From assembly GCF_006345805.1 (NCBI RefSeq), contig NC_043012.1:28458001-28522000 (forward strand): a DNA stretch of 64,000 nt, read 5' to 3'. The notes beneath the pieces were generated by a model. It had not been told where the DNA came from. It saw only the letters and a list, made by a program, of their open reading frames with translations, and did not search any database. Shown in pieces: positions 14,014 to 27,002 of this stretch (within the stretch, counting starts at the first letter, position 1; each line of letters begins with the position of its first letter). The position numbers and the translations under genes were made by a program. The stretch is from Octopus sinensis. Its lineage: Eukaryota.

Positions 14014-14778
14014 GATATAGTTTTTTAGCTGCTTAAAAAGTTTTTCATAGTGGTAAAGATTATAGATTTGGTCAATCCGTATTTCGTGTTAACATCGATT
14101 AAAATGACACCAATTTAGTATTTCCTAGAAATACAAAAAAAATGTTCATAGTAATATTCTTTCGAAAAGTTTTTCCTTTCTGCAGAGTGAATATTTTTCT
14201 ACAAAAAGTCGATCTTCTGTTACTTTAAATTCTAATTCGCGATTTTTTCTGGAAAGCGTTCGTTGACATGATTTTATTTATTGCCACATCATTGAAAAAG
14301 TATTCACTGTTATGATTTTTCGTTTCTACAGATGCTCGTTATCAAAGAGTCAACTGTACTGGGTTGATACGATCTCTGAAGGTGGGGATCTATTATATAT
14401 ACTCACTCATATTATCAATAATTGTTAGTAATGATCGTATAATAACGTATATATTCTTGGCACACAACCTTTATTAGTGATAGTAAATAAATTGAAAATA
14501 TCCAAAGTGTCATATAAGTATCTTTCGATAACAAAAACAGATTGATACTCGGCTATATCACTAATATCGCAGAGCCTTAAGCGAACCCATCATCTGGAAT
14601 CAGGTAAAGAAAGGAAACTGGATTCATTCTTCATTCCAGTTTATCACAACCGTGACGGTATTGCTGAACGACCTGTTATTCACTCAGTCTCTCTTCAGTC
14701 ACCAAGATTCTTCGAAAAGTTACTAGTTTGACCTATGCACCAACATACACAATACCTAACATCAATCAGATCGATGTA

Positions 14779-16014
14779 CTGGGTCATCTCATAAACAATG
14801 TTGTTTTGTTTATACTTCTTTTATTTTTCAAAATTAGAATAATCAAAGTTCTTTTTTAATCTAAAATATACTCTTCTTCATTTTCTACAATGCTCCTCCA
14901 TCTATCTGGCAGACTTGCAAGGCCCCTCTTCCAAAATTCACTTGTCCGTGACGAAAAATACTCCTCCACTACTGTTCTATACCTCGTCTACAGAATTCAT
15001 ATTTTCTGTCCAGCGAATATGGTGGGTGGGGCATCATTTCCCATTTAAACTGCTCCAGCCTTTGGAATGTCATCCTCGCTGTATGTGGCCGAGCATTATC
15101 CTGATGGAAGAATACCTTTCGTCTTGAAAGCAAAGGTGGTCGTTTTTCTTCTAGCGATAACTTAAGCCGCTCAAGTTGCTCGCTGTAGCTCTCCTTTGTT
15201 ACTGTTTGCTTTGGGTTTAAAAGTTCAAAGTGGACTAAACCTTTCATATTCTACCAAACAAATAACAACACCTTATGTGGGTGAAGACCTTTAGTATAAG
15301 GTGCCGGTGTTTCTCCTTTCCCTACCTACTGTCTTCGGTGTTTGACATTTTTTATAGAGAAGCCATTTCTTGTCACCAGTCACTATTCGGTCCAAAAACG
15401 GTTCATTCGTGAGACGTGACAGGAAAGAACACACATTCACACTCCGTATGTGATTAGACTCGCAAAGTTTGTGAGGAACCCATTGACCCAATTTGCTCAC
15501 TTTTCCGATGGCATGCAGGTATTGATGAATGGTTGACTGACCAAATCCAAGCTTCTCTACTAGTTCCTCAACAGTTAAGATTAGATTTTGTTCCATCAGG
15601 GTTCGCAGGACGTCCTCGTTGAGCTCTGCAGATCTTCCAGGACAAGCCTTGTCTTCTAGGCTGTAGCTTCCGGCTCGGAATTTCTGGAACTACCGTTGAC
15701 ACTGCCTTACACTTATTGTCCGACCTTCATATACTGAATCAATATTCCTTGCACTTTCCGTTGCATTGTTGCCTTTATGGAACTCATAAAGCAAATTATG
15801 CTGAATATGCTCCCTTGTCACTTCCATTATAGCTTTGGAAAAATAACTTAAAATCTAACTTCACTCTTCAAAACTTGCACTAAGAATAAGGGCAAGGTAA
15901 AATTACTATCTGATTTTATTGCAAGTTCACACAGGTAGTTTATCCCATTTCCCTCCGACTTTTAGTTTATGTAATTGAAAAAAAAAAAGCTGCATTATTT
16001 ATGGGATGACTCAA
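14779..16014 (-). mobile_element. Full-length but inactivated mariner DNA transposon (transposase ~15827->14856)
   Basis: WVPHKL, IVTGDKKW, HQDNARPH and HPPYSLD motifs. Imperfect TIRs CTGGGTCATCTCATAAACAATG / CATTATTTATGGGATGACTCAA flanked by TA (14777-78, 16015-16). Has an in-frame stop, frameshifts and a deletion of the PDLAPSD region. Confidence 0.95.
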
Positions 16015-16766
16015 TAATTAACGTTTCTCTTGAACATTTATAAGTCGATAGCTGCCGGAAATGATTTGCAGTGAATAAATTTCTTCGATTGACGTTCTGA
16101 GCATGGTGATTAGTGCGGACTCGGGAAAGAGAGCTGAGTACAGATGATGCTGGGTGGAAGGACAAGTGATTAGCTCCTGGCCAACTCTAATTAAAAACAC
16201 CTTTCATCACAGACAGCTCAACTATAATCCTCTCGTCTTTGTAGAGGTACGCAAAACTACATTAACAAGCGTGTCCTTTTAGTTTTCAAGATAGTGGGTT
16301 GTGATATCTGGGAGATTTGACTGCTATATCTAACAAATTGAGTTACTACATACAGGCTTCATCTTTGACCACATAGTTCGATCTTGTAGCTATTTAATCT
16401 AATGCTGGTTCAGGCGAACTTACGATTAAAGGCACACTGTCTTTTTCTCATGTGCAGCAAAGAACCCAGGATCACATTAGTTAACGTTTCCTTTTCTGAC
16501 GATGGGATATAATTTGATCTTGATTTGGGTGCTATTTCTAGCAGGTAGAATTAGCTCCCCCTTTGGTTACACGGCTAATATACGAAGGTGATTGTAACTG
16601 ATTAAATGTCCTCCTTCCCGACAACAAAGTACACAGACAACCAAGAAACTATTATTCTTGTCCTTGTCAGTTAGTTCACAAACACTCACAGTATACACGT
16701 CGCGGCAGATCGGCACACACACATACACGCACATGTACACACACACGCACACACAAACGCACGCAT

Positions 16767-16810
<44 letters not shown>

Positions 16811-18039
16811 ACACAAGTAAACTGTAAGTATATACATTTGAATTTTTTATGTATGTACAGTATCTGATTCGAGCATAAGAGATCGAGAATAAATAACGTG
16901 TAAACAAGATAAGCTGACTGGACTGAAGGGGCTCTGAAAATATGCCTGACTGGCCTGGAAATACTTTTAAGAGTCTTTATAGCTGCACATGACCGATGGG
17001 GCGAGAGTACGTGAGAGGCAAAATATCGATTTGTCCTACTTTACTTTTTAGCATAGTGATGTTGCATGTTATTACATGTTCCTTACTAAGCAACGTAGTA
17101 GTTATTCCAATACATGTGAAGGTTAATTTGGTACAAGTATATAAGTTGTTTAGTCTCATATGATTCCTGATAATGTAAAGCTACGATTAATGCTATTGCA
17201 GCTTTGATAATACAATCTTTTTGTATATATAGAATTATACTGATTCGCTTCTTTGTGATGGTAGAATTGATAGGAGGGAGATTCTAGCTGCTCTGTATCG
17301 AAGGGCGAATAACAAATAGAAGCGTCCGTATTAACTGGTTATCCCCGAAGGTGTTTCGAAATGCAGTAAATTCTTTCGAGGTACAAGTGCCGACAGTTCT
17401 CCTCGTTTACAGAGTTATAGTAACGCAAGAGTTGTGCACTAATATCGTAAAGTACACCTTAAACTCAAAGAGGGTTTGATTCAAGAAATAAATGTCTCTT
17501 CCCTCATTGTTTCAAGCAATATTCGGAAAGGATGTCGTTAGGTGGATGGGCTGAGTCTATCTTACCTAACCACAGATATATAACATGAGCTGCTGTTTAA
17601 TCCACTCGGTCATTATTTATCGTCTACGTGCCCCGCCTTATATGTGAGTTCTTAAAACGCTTCAGATAACTAATGTACGTCTTGTAGCTTGTTTATTGAT
17701 TTCGGAAAGCAGAAACCCTATAACAAGTACTTATTGTGAAATAAATGGCTAAGTGGATTAGGTTCTTGATAACATATTCATAGTATCTACCAATGGTAAT
17801 GATGATGATGATGATGACGACGGCGATGACGGTGATGGCGATAACAGAAATAACAATAATGTTTTCACTATATCCGCCATATCTACTATATTTAGACACA
17901 CTGTTTTCATGTAATAAGTGAAACACAAATATATACACACACACACACATACATACATACATGCATACATACATATATATATGTCTATATATCTATATAT
18001 CTATATATATATCTATATCTATATCTATCTATCTATCTA

Positions 18040-18110
<71 letters not shown>

Positions 18111-18269
18111 TAAAAACGGTAAGATAACAAGTAAAAAGAATAAAAAAGAGTAGGTTTCTAGATTGCCATGTGTGTGTGCATGCATCTAATAAACAAACTA
18201 TAAATTTTTCATGCAAGATCGAAAGGGGATTTAATGTATCAACTTCTGATATGGCAATCTAGAAACGTA

Positions 18270-18470
18270 CTCTTTTTAATTCTTTTTACTTGTTTCAGTC
18301 ATTAGACTGTGGCCATGCTGGAGCACCGCCTTTAGTCGAGCAATTCGACACAGGACTTATTTTTTGTTAGCCTAGTACTTATTCTATCGGTCTCTTTTTG
18401 CCGAACCGCTAAGTTACAGGGACGTAAACACACCAGCATCGGTTGTCAAGCGATGTTGGGGGGACAAACA

Positions 18471-18502
<32 letters not shown>

Positions 18503-18719
18503 ACACACACACACACACACACATATATATAAATGTGTGTGTGTGTGTATACATATATACGACGGGCTTCTCTCAGTTTCCGTCTACCAAATCCACTCAC
18601 AAGGCTTTGGTAGGCCCGAGGCTATAGTAGAAGACACTTGCCCAAGGTGCCACGCATTGGGACTGAACCCGGAACCATTGGTTGGTAAGCAAGCTTCTTA
18701 CCAGACAGCAACTCCTACG
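18270..18719 (-). mobile_element. tRNA-derived SINE with internal (CA)/(TG) microsatellite
   Basis: Reverse complement matches the full copy at 49830-50190 from head to the TGAAACAAGTAAAA tail. Confidence 0.9.
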
Positions 18720-19594
18720 TAGGAAATTATCAAGGAGTTAATGAACTGAAGACTTTAAAATTGAAATATTTGTAAATTGGAACGAAAAGTATCTGGAGAA
18801 TAAATTAAATTTATTTTGTGCATTTTAGTCAGTGAATTTGTACATTAAAATTTTATTTATCATTGAAACCCTATTGCAGAACTCTTTTTATTGTCAAAAA
18901 CAAAAAAAAAAAGATAAAGTTTGTTTTTAAAATTAGTGGAGTATCTCCATTTTAGGCCTTTTGGTGTGGTGTAACCTCTGGAAACCTCTCAACAATTTTG
19001 ACGTAACATTGTCTTTTGCGCGATATTTCGCCTTTTTTTGTTAGTTGATATTTTTTCCAGAGAGATATTAACTATTAGCTGTGGTCCTTGTGATGTGTCT
19101 CTTGTATTAGCAGTTCGAAGTGAACAAAGTAATATCTTGATTTTATTCTTTTGTCGCTGGTGTTGGAAATTTAGTAAAGTTGCTGTTATCTTTAAACTCT
19201 CAAAATCAAAATCACCAATTCCCATATATATTCATAATGATTTAATATAAAAGAAACTGCAAATCGCTCTAAGGCGACAGTTAATCACAAATTTTTATAA
19301 TTTCGAACGACTTGTTGCAGATCCGCATATATTTTATGATGCTTGATTAAACGTTGACGTTTGCACAAACGGTATACAAGTAGACAAACAACTCATATAA
19401 CGGATTTCGTGTTGAAACCTCTTAAGGTCTTATCATACTAAATTAGCTGCATCGAGTCAGATGTTTTGTTGTTGCATAAAAATGATAGCCGAACATAATA
19501 TATTATCAATGAAGCATTACGAAAGCAAGTTTAAGTAGTATTTTGACCAAGGATACAGCAGAAAGAGTGCAGTAGAATAATGATAATTTTGACT

Positions 19595-19673
<79 letters not shown>

Positions 19674-19719
19674 TAATAATAATAGTTTCAAATGTTGGCA
19701 CAAAGCCATAAATTTACAG

Positions 19720-19885
19720 GAGGGCAAGTCGATTACTTCGAACCCCAAAGTTCAACTGGTACTTATTTTATCAACTCGAAAGGCAAAGTCGACCTCTGCG
19801 GAATTTGAACTCAGAACATAAAGCGGGACGAAATGCCGCTATGCATTTTGCCCGGTGTGCTAACGATTATGCCAACTCGCCGCCT
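19720..19885 (-). mobile_element. tRNA-derived SINE (13787 family) embedded in (AAT)n tracts
   Basis: GGCAAAGTCGACCTCTGCGGAATTTGAACTCAGAAC...CTCGCCGCC is the reverse complement of the family head; (AAT)n on both sides. Confidence 0.85.
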
Positions 19886-19920
19886 TAATAATAATAATAA
19901 AAATAAAAATAATAATAATG

Positions 19921-19966
<46 letters not shown>

Positions 19967-20386
19967 TAATAATAATAATAATAATAGTCTAATCTGTTGT
20001 GTGCTTATATGGAAAAAAGTTTTAATAGAGCCATAACTAATAAACATGAAATTTCAGACTATTTCTTATAAGAGCTACGTAGTGTCACAATTTATACATA
20101 ATAACAATTAAGCAAACAGCCATACGTCCAACATGCTCAATAGGCGTGGCGAATGAATTATAGCTGTGGAGAATTTCAGAACAAATCTACTTCCACAGAA
20201 AATAATCTCCTTTTACGCAATTCATATTTACACTAGCACACACTCTTCCATAAACTCTTTTAACTACACCCATACAAATTATTAATTAACCCAAAATTAA
20301 TTCTAGATCATGGGAAACAGGAACTTCTGTCTACGCAGATTGGTTCTGTTCTTTACACAATCAAACATTTTATCTATTATCTATAG

Positions 20387-21451
20387 ATGTCTTTTAACAG
20401 CATTTTCCCCTTCATTACAGAAAAGATTCCAGAAAAGGTACCCAAAAATATTCATAGTACAGAAAAGCTTCGTAGACGGAATCTAATATTTGACGAGGAG
20501 CATTTTGAAGATGTTTTCCTGCGATGTCTTATATGCAGAGAAGTATTTAATGAATCAGAAAAACTGCCCAAGACGCTACCATGCCATCACTCGTTCTGTT
20601 TGCACTGTTTCTTGCAAATGTTCCGCGTTGAAGGAGAATATCGACAGTCACTGAGCTCGGCTTTCCGAAGTATGCCACGGGCTGTTAAAATCCAATGCCC
20701 CTCATGTCGAGATAGTATAATTGCTTCAGAAGATGACTTACGTCGATTACCGAACGATCACACTGTGCTAGAGTTGATTAACTTTGTACGGGAAACCGGC
20801 ATCAACGATATATCATACTGTGCCAAACACCAACTGCAGCCTCTCAACTTCTTTTGTGAGCCGTGTGCGATCCCCGTGTGTTGTGACTGTACCGTCCTGG
20901 ACCACAAAAACACAAACGGGCACAACGTAATGAACATAACGGAGGCCCTCAGTAAATACACACCAATTATCAATGACACAATTACTGAAATGGAGAAAAG
21001 TAAGCAGGAATATCTCTTCAAAAGAGCCCAAATCGAGCAGTCAATGAAACATTTGAGCCAAATGGAAACACAGGTAACTGACGAAATTAAATTGACGTTT
21101 CAAAAGCTACGTCATATGATTGACGAAAGGGAGCGCGATATTTTGTCCATGTCCGAGCAGGAAATGAATCGGAAACGTCAAAATCTCATGGACAATTTTA
21201 AGAAGATAATAGAGCGTGAAGAATGTATGATGGATCAAATGAAAGAGCTAGAAATAGCCAAAGAAGCAAATGACATAAGTCAGATGTTTACGTCACATCA
21301 AGCAGCGCAAAACACTCTCTCAACTCCGCTTCAACTTCCGCACATCACAAACGATAACTTTGGAGTGTCGTTTCACTTTGAAGCCTACAAACATCGACGA
21401 GTGATGCAGGATCTCCTGAACTTTGGACATTTAATGGTATTGTCCTCTTAA
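20387..21451 (+). CDS. TRIM-type E3 ligase paralog A (RING C3HC4 - B-box 2 - coiled coil, no C-terminal domain); true exon probably starts at 20421
   Basis: CLIC...PCHHSFCLHC...CPSC RING; CAKH...FFCEPC...VCCDC...DH...GH B-box; heptad-rich tail; intact 354-codon ORF. CATTTTCCCCTTCATTACAG at 20401-20420 is a polypyrimidine tract plus acceptor. Confidence 0.95.
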   Translation: MSFNSIFPFITEKIPEKVPKNIHSTEKLRRRNLIFDEEHFEDVFLRCLICREVFNESEKLPKTLPCHHSFCLHCFLQMFRVEGEYRQSLSSAFRSMPRAVKIQCPSCRDSIIASEDDLRRLPNDHTVLELINFVRETGINDISYCAKHQLQPLNFFCEPCAIPVCCDCTVLDHKNTNGHNVMNITEALSKYTPIINDTITEMEKSKQEYLFKRAQIEQSMKHLSQMETQVTDEIKLTFQKLRHMIDERERDILSMSEQEMNRKRQNLMDNFKKIIEREECMMDQMKELEIAKEANDISQMFTSHQAAQNTLSTPLQLPHITNDNFGVSFHFEAYKHRRVMQDLLNFGHLMVLSS

Positions 21452-21773
21452 ATGATCTGCTCATTTCACTTCTGTACGTTTATAGAACTAACGGCAAATT
21501 TATAATTTATTTTCTTTAACTAATTACAAAAATGCCTCACATATCTGTGTGTGTTTGTACATGTCTGTGGTGTGACATTCTGGAGAAAGTAATTTATTGG
21601 TGCGAGATTGTAAAAATTAGTAATCACTGAACTTTAGAAATGGTCGTCACAGTTTAGTAGAATTTGTAACACGACAGGAAATCATTTGTGACTGAGTGCA
21701 ATCACTGATTCAACGTAATTAGCGATTAACTGTAATTGGCGAAGAGAGATGACAGATATTTTTGGAGAGAGAA

Positions 21774-21859
<86 letters not shown>

Positions 21860-23447
21860 AGAGAGAAAGAAAGGAGGGAGGGAGGAAGGGAGTAAGAGAG
21901 AGAGAAAGAGTCATTGTGAGTATTGAAGTAAAATAATGTAAGTTTATAGCCTAAAAGGCAGAAAAAGCGTAGCAAACGAGAAGAATGTCCACTAAAACAA
22001 TCCTCCTATTTCCTTTCCCCTTGTGAAAGTTTTCTGAGCTAGATCAAAATGAAATGAAAGATGGTTGTAAAATAAGAGCTGTGATTCGTTTGGATGGTTT
22101 AACTTTGGAGATGGTGCAAAGAAAAAATACGTTTGGTAATTTTCCTTTGTTTCTTGTAAGGAGTAAGAAACTGCCTGGTAGTACTGAACATAAAATTGAG
22201 CTTAAATGATTTCTATCTGTAATTGTGTTAAAAGAAATACCGTATCGATTTTAAATGTTTTTCTTCCACTTCTATCATTAAAATCAGAGAAGTGTGTGTT
22301 CAGTAGTAATAGACAATTTTTTTTTATCGTAATTTGCTTTAGATGTGGTATTTCTACAGTAAAAATATTTTCGATTATATTTAAACAAATTTATTGCTAT
22401 TATCTAGCGATAAACTTGACTAAGCTGAAGATAGAAAAGTGTATAAAACAAAAGAAAGTGGATATGAAAGTGGTCTTTAACTCACTGGGGAAGACTGTTA
22501 CTGAATGTAATGAATGGAATATTTTGATGAATGCTTTCTGTTTTGTTTGTGTCGGATATTATCTGCATAAAAAGGAAGCAGAAACATGAAACAACACGGA
22601 AACCCCCGACTGAAAAAGAGCAGTTGCACAGTGTCTTTTTTTTTGTTTTTGCAGTAGACTCTTGTAGCTTTTCTCATTTAAACTCGAAGTTTACAAGAGG
22701 CAGAGTCGAACAACTCAGGAACAAATGTCATAGACCGAATCGGATCTAAGATCTACCCACACAGTTTTGAAGAAAAATGCGCACTTTCTACTCCCAAAAC
22801 TGACACTTATATTTTAATTTTATTTCTTTTTTATACGGGGGACCGAAGTCTAAAAATGGCAACAACTACAAATTCAACGTATCCCGCATCCTTATGTGAA
22901 TAAACAAATAAGTAAGCGAGGGGACGAGTAAAGCAAGCGTTATATATGATAAAGAATTTATTGAGCCAAGACAATCATGTTTTTCTTCCTGCAATTAAAC
23001 CACACTTTGTCTAGTTCCTATTCTCAAACGCGAAACTTCAAAACAATATTATTTATCCATCTGTATATCTCTTGAATAATTTTTTTCTCAACGGAAATTT
23101 TCTCAAAGAGTATGCATTTACACTTTTAATGCAGATCTCTTGGCATGAATCCGCTGTTACTTTTCCTCCCCATTGTATTCTTTCTTTTTATTTCGATCCC
23201 ATTCTATCCCTCATCCTAAAAGTCAACTCTATACCAATCATCTGAGTAAAAACTACATCCTCCTGATGAGAACTTCTAACTGAAAACTGATATTAAACAT
23301 TTCAAGCCATTTGAATTGTTGTCTTTATTTCATTTCCATTTTATTTGAATTGTTGTTTTACATAATATTAAACGTATGTAAATTGACTGATGTATCAACT
23401 ACATCTTAAGAGGTTTATTAATTTGTCTGTTGTATGAATGTATATGT

Positions 23448-23484
<37 letters not shown>

Positions 23485-23979
23485 GTTTGGGTGATATGTG
23501 TATCACTAGATACACTTGAAAATTTAGCAGGATTAATGAAAAGTATCTAACCTAGATTTTGAGCGCATACGTCAGTCTCAAAATATCTCATAATTGGATC
23601 AACGTTTGGAACATTAGTCAATGCACAATACCCATGCGATTACTTCCATAACTACACGAGATATTTGGTGACATTCAAATATATATTTGAGAAAGATACC
23701 ATGACATCCCGTGCAAGAAGATCAAGGCAAATAGTATTCTTCAAAACGTCATAGTGTACTTATATGTCTTAGAATGAAACTTAAAAACGATATTTCATAT
23801 TCTTGATATTTTATGGCAGTCAGCAGAGTTAACTTTTTCCTAATTTGAAATCAATGAGACGCTTGCGAATTTTTTACTCTGTAGCAGCTATTTATAGTAT
23901 ATCTAAACAGTGTCCACAATACACGACCAGGTAGAAGATATGAATTGCCGACCTCGAATAGTTATCCATTTTATATTAC

Positions 23980-24484
23980 ATGGAAAAATGCGAGCATGAA
24001 AAGTCATATTCTAAGATTATAAACCTGGAAAAGTACCGGACAAGTCATTACACCTGTAAAAATATAGAATAAGCTATTACCTCTAGTAAAGAATAAGATA
24101 CTTTTTACTTAAAATATTGCAGCAAAGAATGCCAGTTCTTCTAATTTATCACACTTTACATTTCTCATCTTTTAAATTTATTGTACAAAACTGTTCAGCT
24201 AATTTGTAAGTTTGCCTATTTAATCACTTTTCCTGTATTTAATGTAGTAAATTAGCCAAATTCTACTTAAATAAGTATAGTGTTATTTGTAAACAATTAT
24301 AAAATAAGTTTTAATATTCAAATTTTAATTTTAGCTGCAATATTTTAAGTAACAAGTTTCTTATTCTTTACTTTATTAGAAGTAATAGTTTATCCTATAC
24401 TTTTACGGGTGTAATAACTTGTCCTGTACTTTTCCAGATTTATAATCTTAAGAATATGACTTTTCATGCTCGCATTATCCCATG
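23980..24484. mobile_element. MITE/foldback-like element with ~140-bp terminal inverted repeats
   Basis: ATGCGAGCATGAAAAGTCATATTCTAAGATTATAAACCTGGAAAAGTAC... (23988-24123) is the imperfect reverse complement of 24333-24476; AT-rich core; second copy at 57139-57866. Confidence 0.85.
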
Positions 24485-25081
24485 CTATCCATGATTTTTC
24501 CAGGCATTGCTGTTATAAGATAATTAATAATGTGTCAATTAATAAGTTAAGATTTTACCTTATAAAATACTGAAAAATAATATTTCAATTTTTCCATGTA
24601 AGTGATGATAATATTTATATGCGAATACAACGACAGGTCAAGTGATGTTGTTTGCTTTGAACGGTTGTGTCCGGGCATAAAAAATTTGTTAAGTGCTGGC
24701 ATTGTAAATAAAGTTGTTGCTTTATACACTTGTAATCTGCTTCTACACAGTGCTTTACTCATGTGTGATGAAACAAAAATATATGAAATCCGTAATCAGG
24801 AGAAAATTTAACGAGTGGACACTTTATAAGAACACATGATTACTAACTCATTGTGTAACCTTTTCAAGCTGATTGAATAACCATTTCTCAAAATAACGGG
24901 ATACTTTTGGATGAAAGGCAATTGATTGTAACGGAAAATTTTATAAACATTAAGGTGAGTCGAATAAAGATTAGAAAAAATAAAGTTAATCCAAACAAGA
25001 AAGCACAAAAAACACAACAACGTGAGGACGTGGAACAAATATAGTATTATTGGACGCTCAGGAAAGAAGGAAAGAAGGAGG

Positions 25082-25116
25082 GTTTAACGTTTCGAGCAGA
25101 GCTCTTCGTCGGAAAC
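25082..25116 (-). ncRNA. Minimal type-I hammerhead ribozyme fold with U4->C core variant
   Basis: Minus strand GTTT-CCGACGA-A-GAGC-tct-GCTC-GAA-AC-GT-T-AAAC: stem I GTTT/AAAC, stem II GAGC/GCTC, palindromic stem III ACGT, GUU triplet. Confidence 0.6.
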
Positions 25117-26229
25117 ATAGGAGAAGGAAAGATCCAGAGAAGGGAAGACAGAGGAAAAAATATCGCCAACGGTACACACGAGGTCACATTTAGAAAAAAT
25201 AAATTGGGTAACAAAAAATCGTAAGGACAGATGTAAAATTATACAGTATAGACCTTATCAGAAATAAGATATTGCAAGGGGTTACAATAGAATGAACGCG
25301 GAAGTAAGAATTAAAAAAGTAAAATAAAAAAAGGAGAATGAGTACCACAGAAAAAATTTAAAAACAAAGCGTAACAAATAAATAAAAATGTGAATACTAA
25401 AAGAGTAGGGGAAGGGCGGCAATGAGAGAGAAGAGAGAAAATACAGTTATATTCATACATATGTACGTAAATATACATACACAGATGCGCGCGCACGCAC
25501 ACACACACACACACACACACAAACATACACACACAATAATATTTCATATACATAGCTGTTCATTCATACATGTAAAAATGTCTTCAGAATTCTGTTAAAA
25601 ATTCTGAAATATCTATGGTCACTTGAAAAATATCTAAATACTACCAAATTTAAAACTTCGTTTGTTGCCTTAGCCCTAACGCTTATGCTAAAGGATTGAT
25701 AGAAGTACAAAACCTTTTTAGTTGCAGTTCTATGAGGACTTCAGGTGTTGCTTCAACTGGCGAAGATCTTCCCGGAGAATCCACTATTACTTAGTGCGCC
25801 GTTGTAACACGAGTAGTAATTGTTAAATGTTGCCTCGCCCGATGAGGAAGAAACCCCGGTTTTGAAAAAATAGAGCCGATGATTGGAGCCCTTATTAATA
25901 TAGAATAGCTTTTCATGTGTCGTTCGATGTACTACCTTTAAGGTGGAATATTGCAAATATTAATTGATATCGAAGAAGTTGAGACTCAGTATTCCGTTAT
26001 TTTGAAAACTAGTTGCCCAATCAGCTTTAAATGTTTATTCGATGGCTTGGTAATTATGAATCTGTATAAATACATGTAATCTATTGTTCTGAATACTCAC
26101 GACTGTATGACGAACTTGAAACTATGAGTCATAGTTTGTGAAGTTTTTTCATCTTCAGTAAAATAGTATTTTACTCTACCTTAGGTATTCGAGGATTATA
26201 TTCTCCACTTTGTTTTGTACCTTTATGCT

Positions 26230-26550
26230 TATACATGCATATATGCATGCATACATACATACATACATACATACATGCATGCATGCATACATACATGCAT
26301 GCATGCATACATACATGCATGCATACATACATACATACATACATACATACATACATGCATACATACATACATATCGAAACTGCTAGAAATTTACTCACAA
26401 AAGCAAGTGCACCAATTATATCCAGATTAAAAATGTAAATTTGTATATGAATATAGACGCTGGAGGTTTCGAAGCAGTTGTTCATACATATACTCTTTCT
26501 CTTTGATTATATACATACATACACATACTGTGACACACACACACACACAC

Positions 26551-26589
<39 letters not shown>

Positions 26590-26990
26590 GTATTCATGTT
26601 TGTATAAATATATATTTACACATCTATGCATGTGTAAATATACATATAAGCCTACGTATGTAGTACCTATGTATATGTAAATATTTATATGTATATCTAT
26701 CTATCGACCCACCTACCTACCTACCTACCTATCTACCTACCTACCTACCTACCTACCTACCTACCTACCTACCTACGTACTTACCTACCTACCTACCTAC
26801 ATACCGACCTACCTACCTACATACCTACCTACCTACCTACCTACCTACCTACCTACCTACCTACCTACCTATCTACCTACCTACCACCCACATACCTACC
26901 TACCTACATACCTACCTACCTACCTACCAACCTACCCACCTACCTACCTACCTACATACATACATACATACATATACACACACATAAATG
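26230..26990. repeat. Compound microsatellites (CATA)n/(CATG), (CA)n and a ~250-bp (CCTA)n tract
   Basis: Directly visible; source of the YLPT and HTYI ORFs. Confidence 0.95.
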
Positions 26991-27002
26991 TTAAATGTTG
27001 TT

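Noticed and set aside
14332-14391. Possible internal exon (TTTCTACAG|ATGCTC...GAAG|GTGGGG)
   Set aside because: The open phase is 1->0, incompatible with the phase-1 acceptor at 20421, and no counterpart was found in paralog B.
20387-20420. MSFNSIFPFIT as the real N-terminus of TRIM A
   Set aside because: It overlaps a polypyrimidine tract ending in CAG at the same phase and position as paralog B's acceptor; more likely intron. Not excluded as a minor start.
23263-23269. Other CTGATGA hits (23263, 8187, 59514)
   Set aside because: No stem II followed by GAAAC and no matching stem I.
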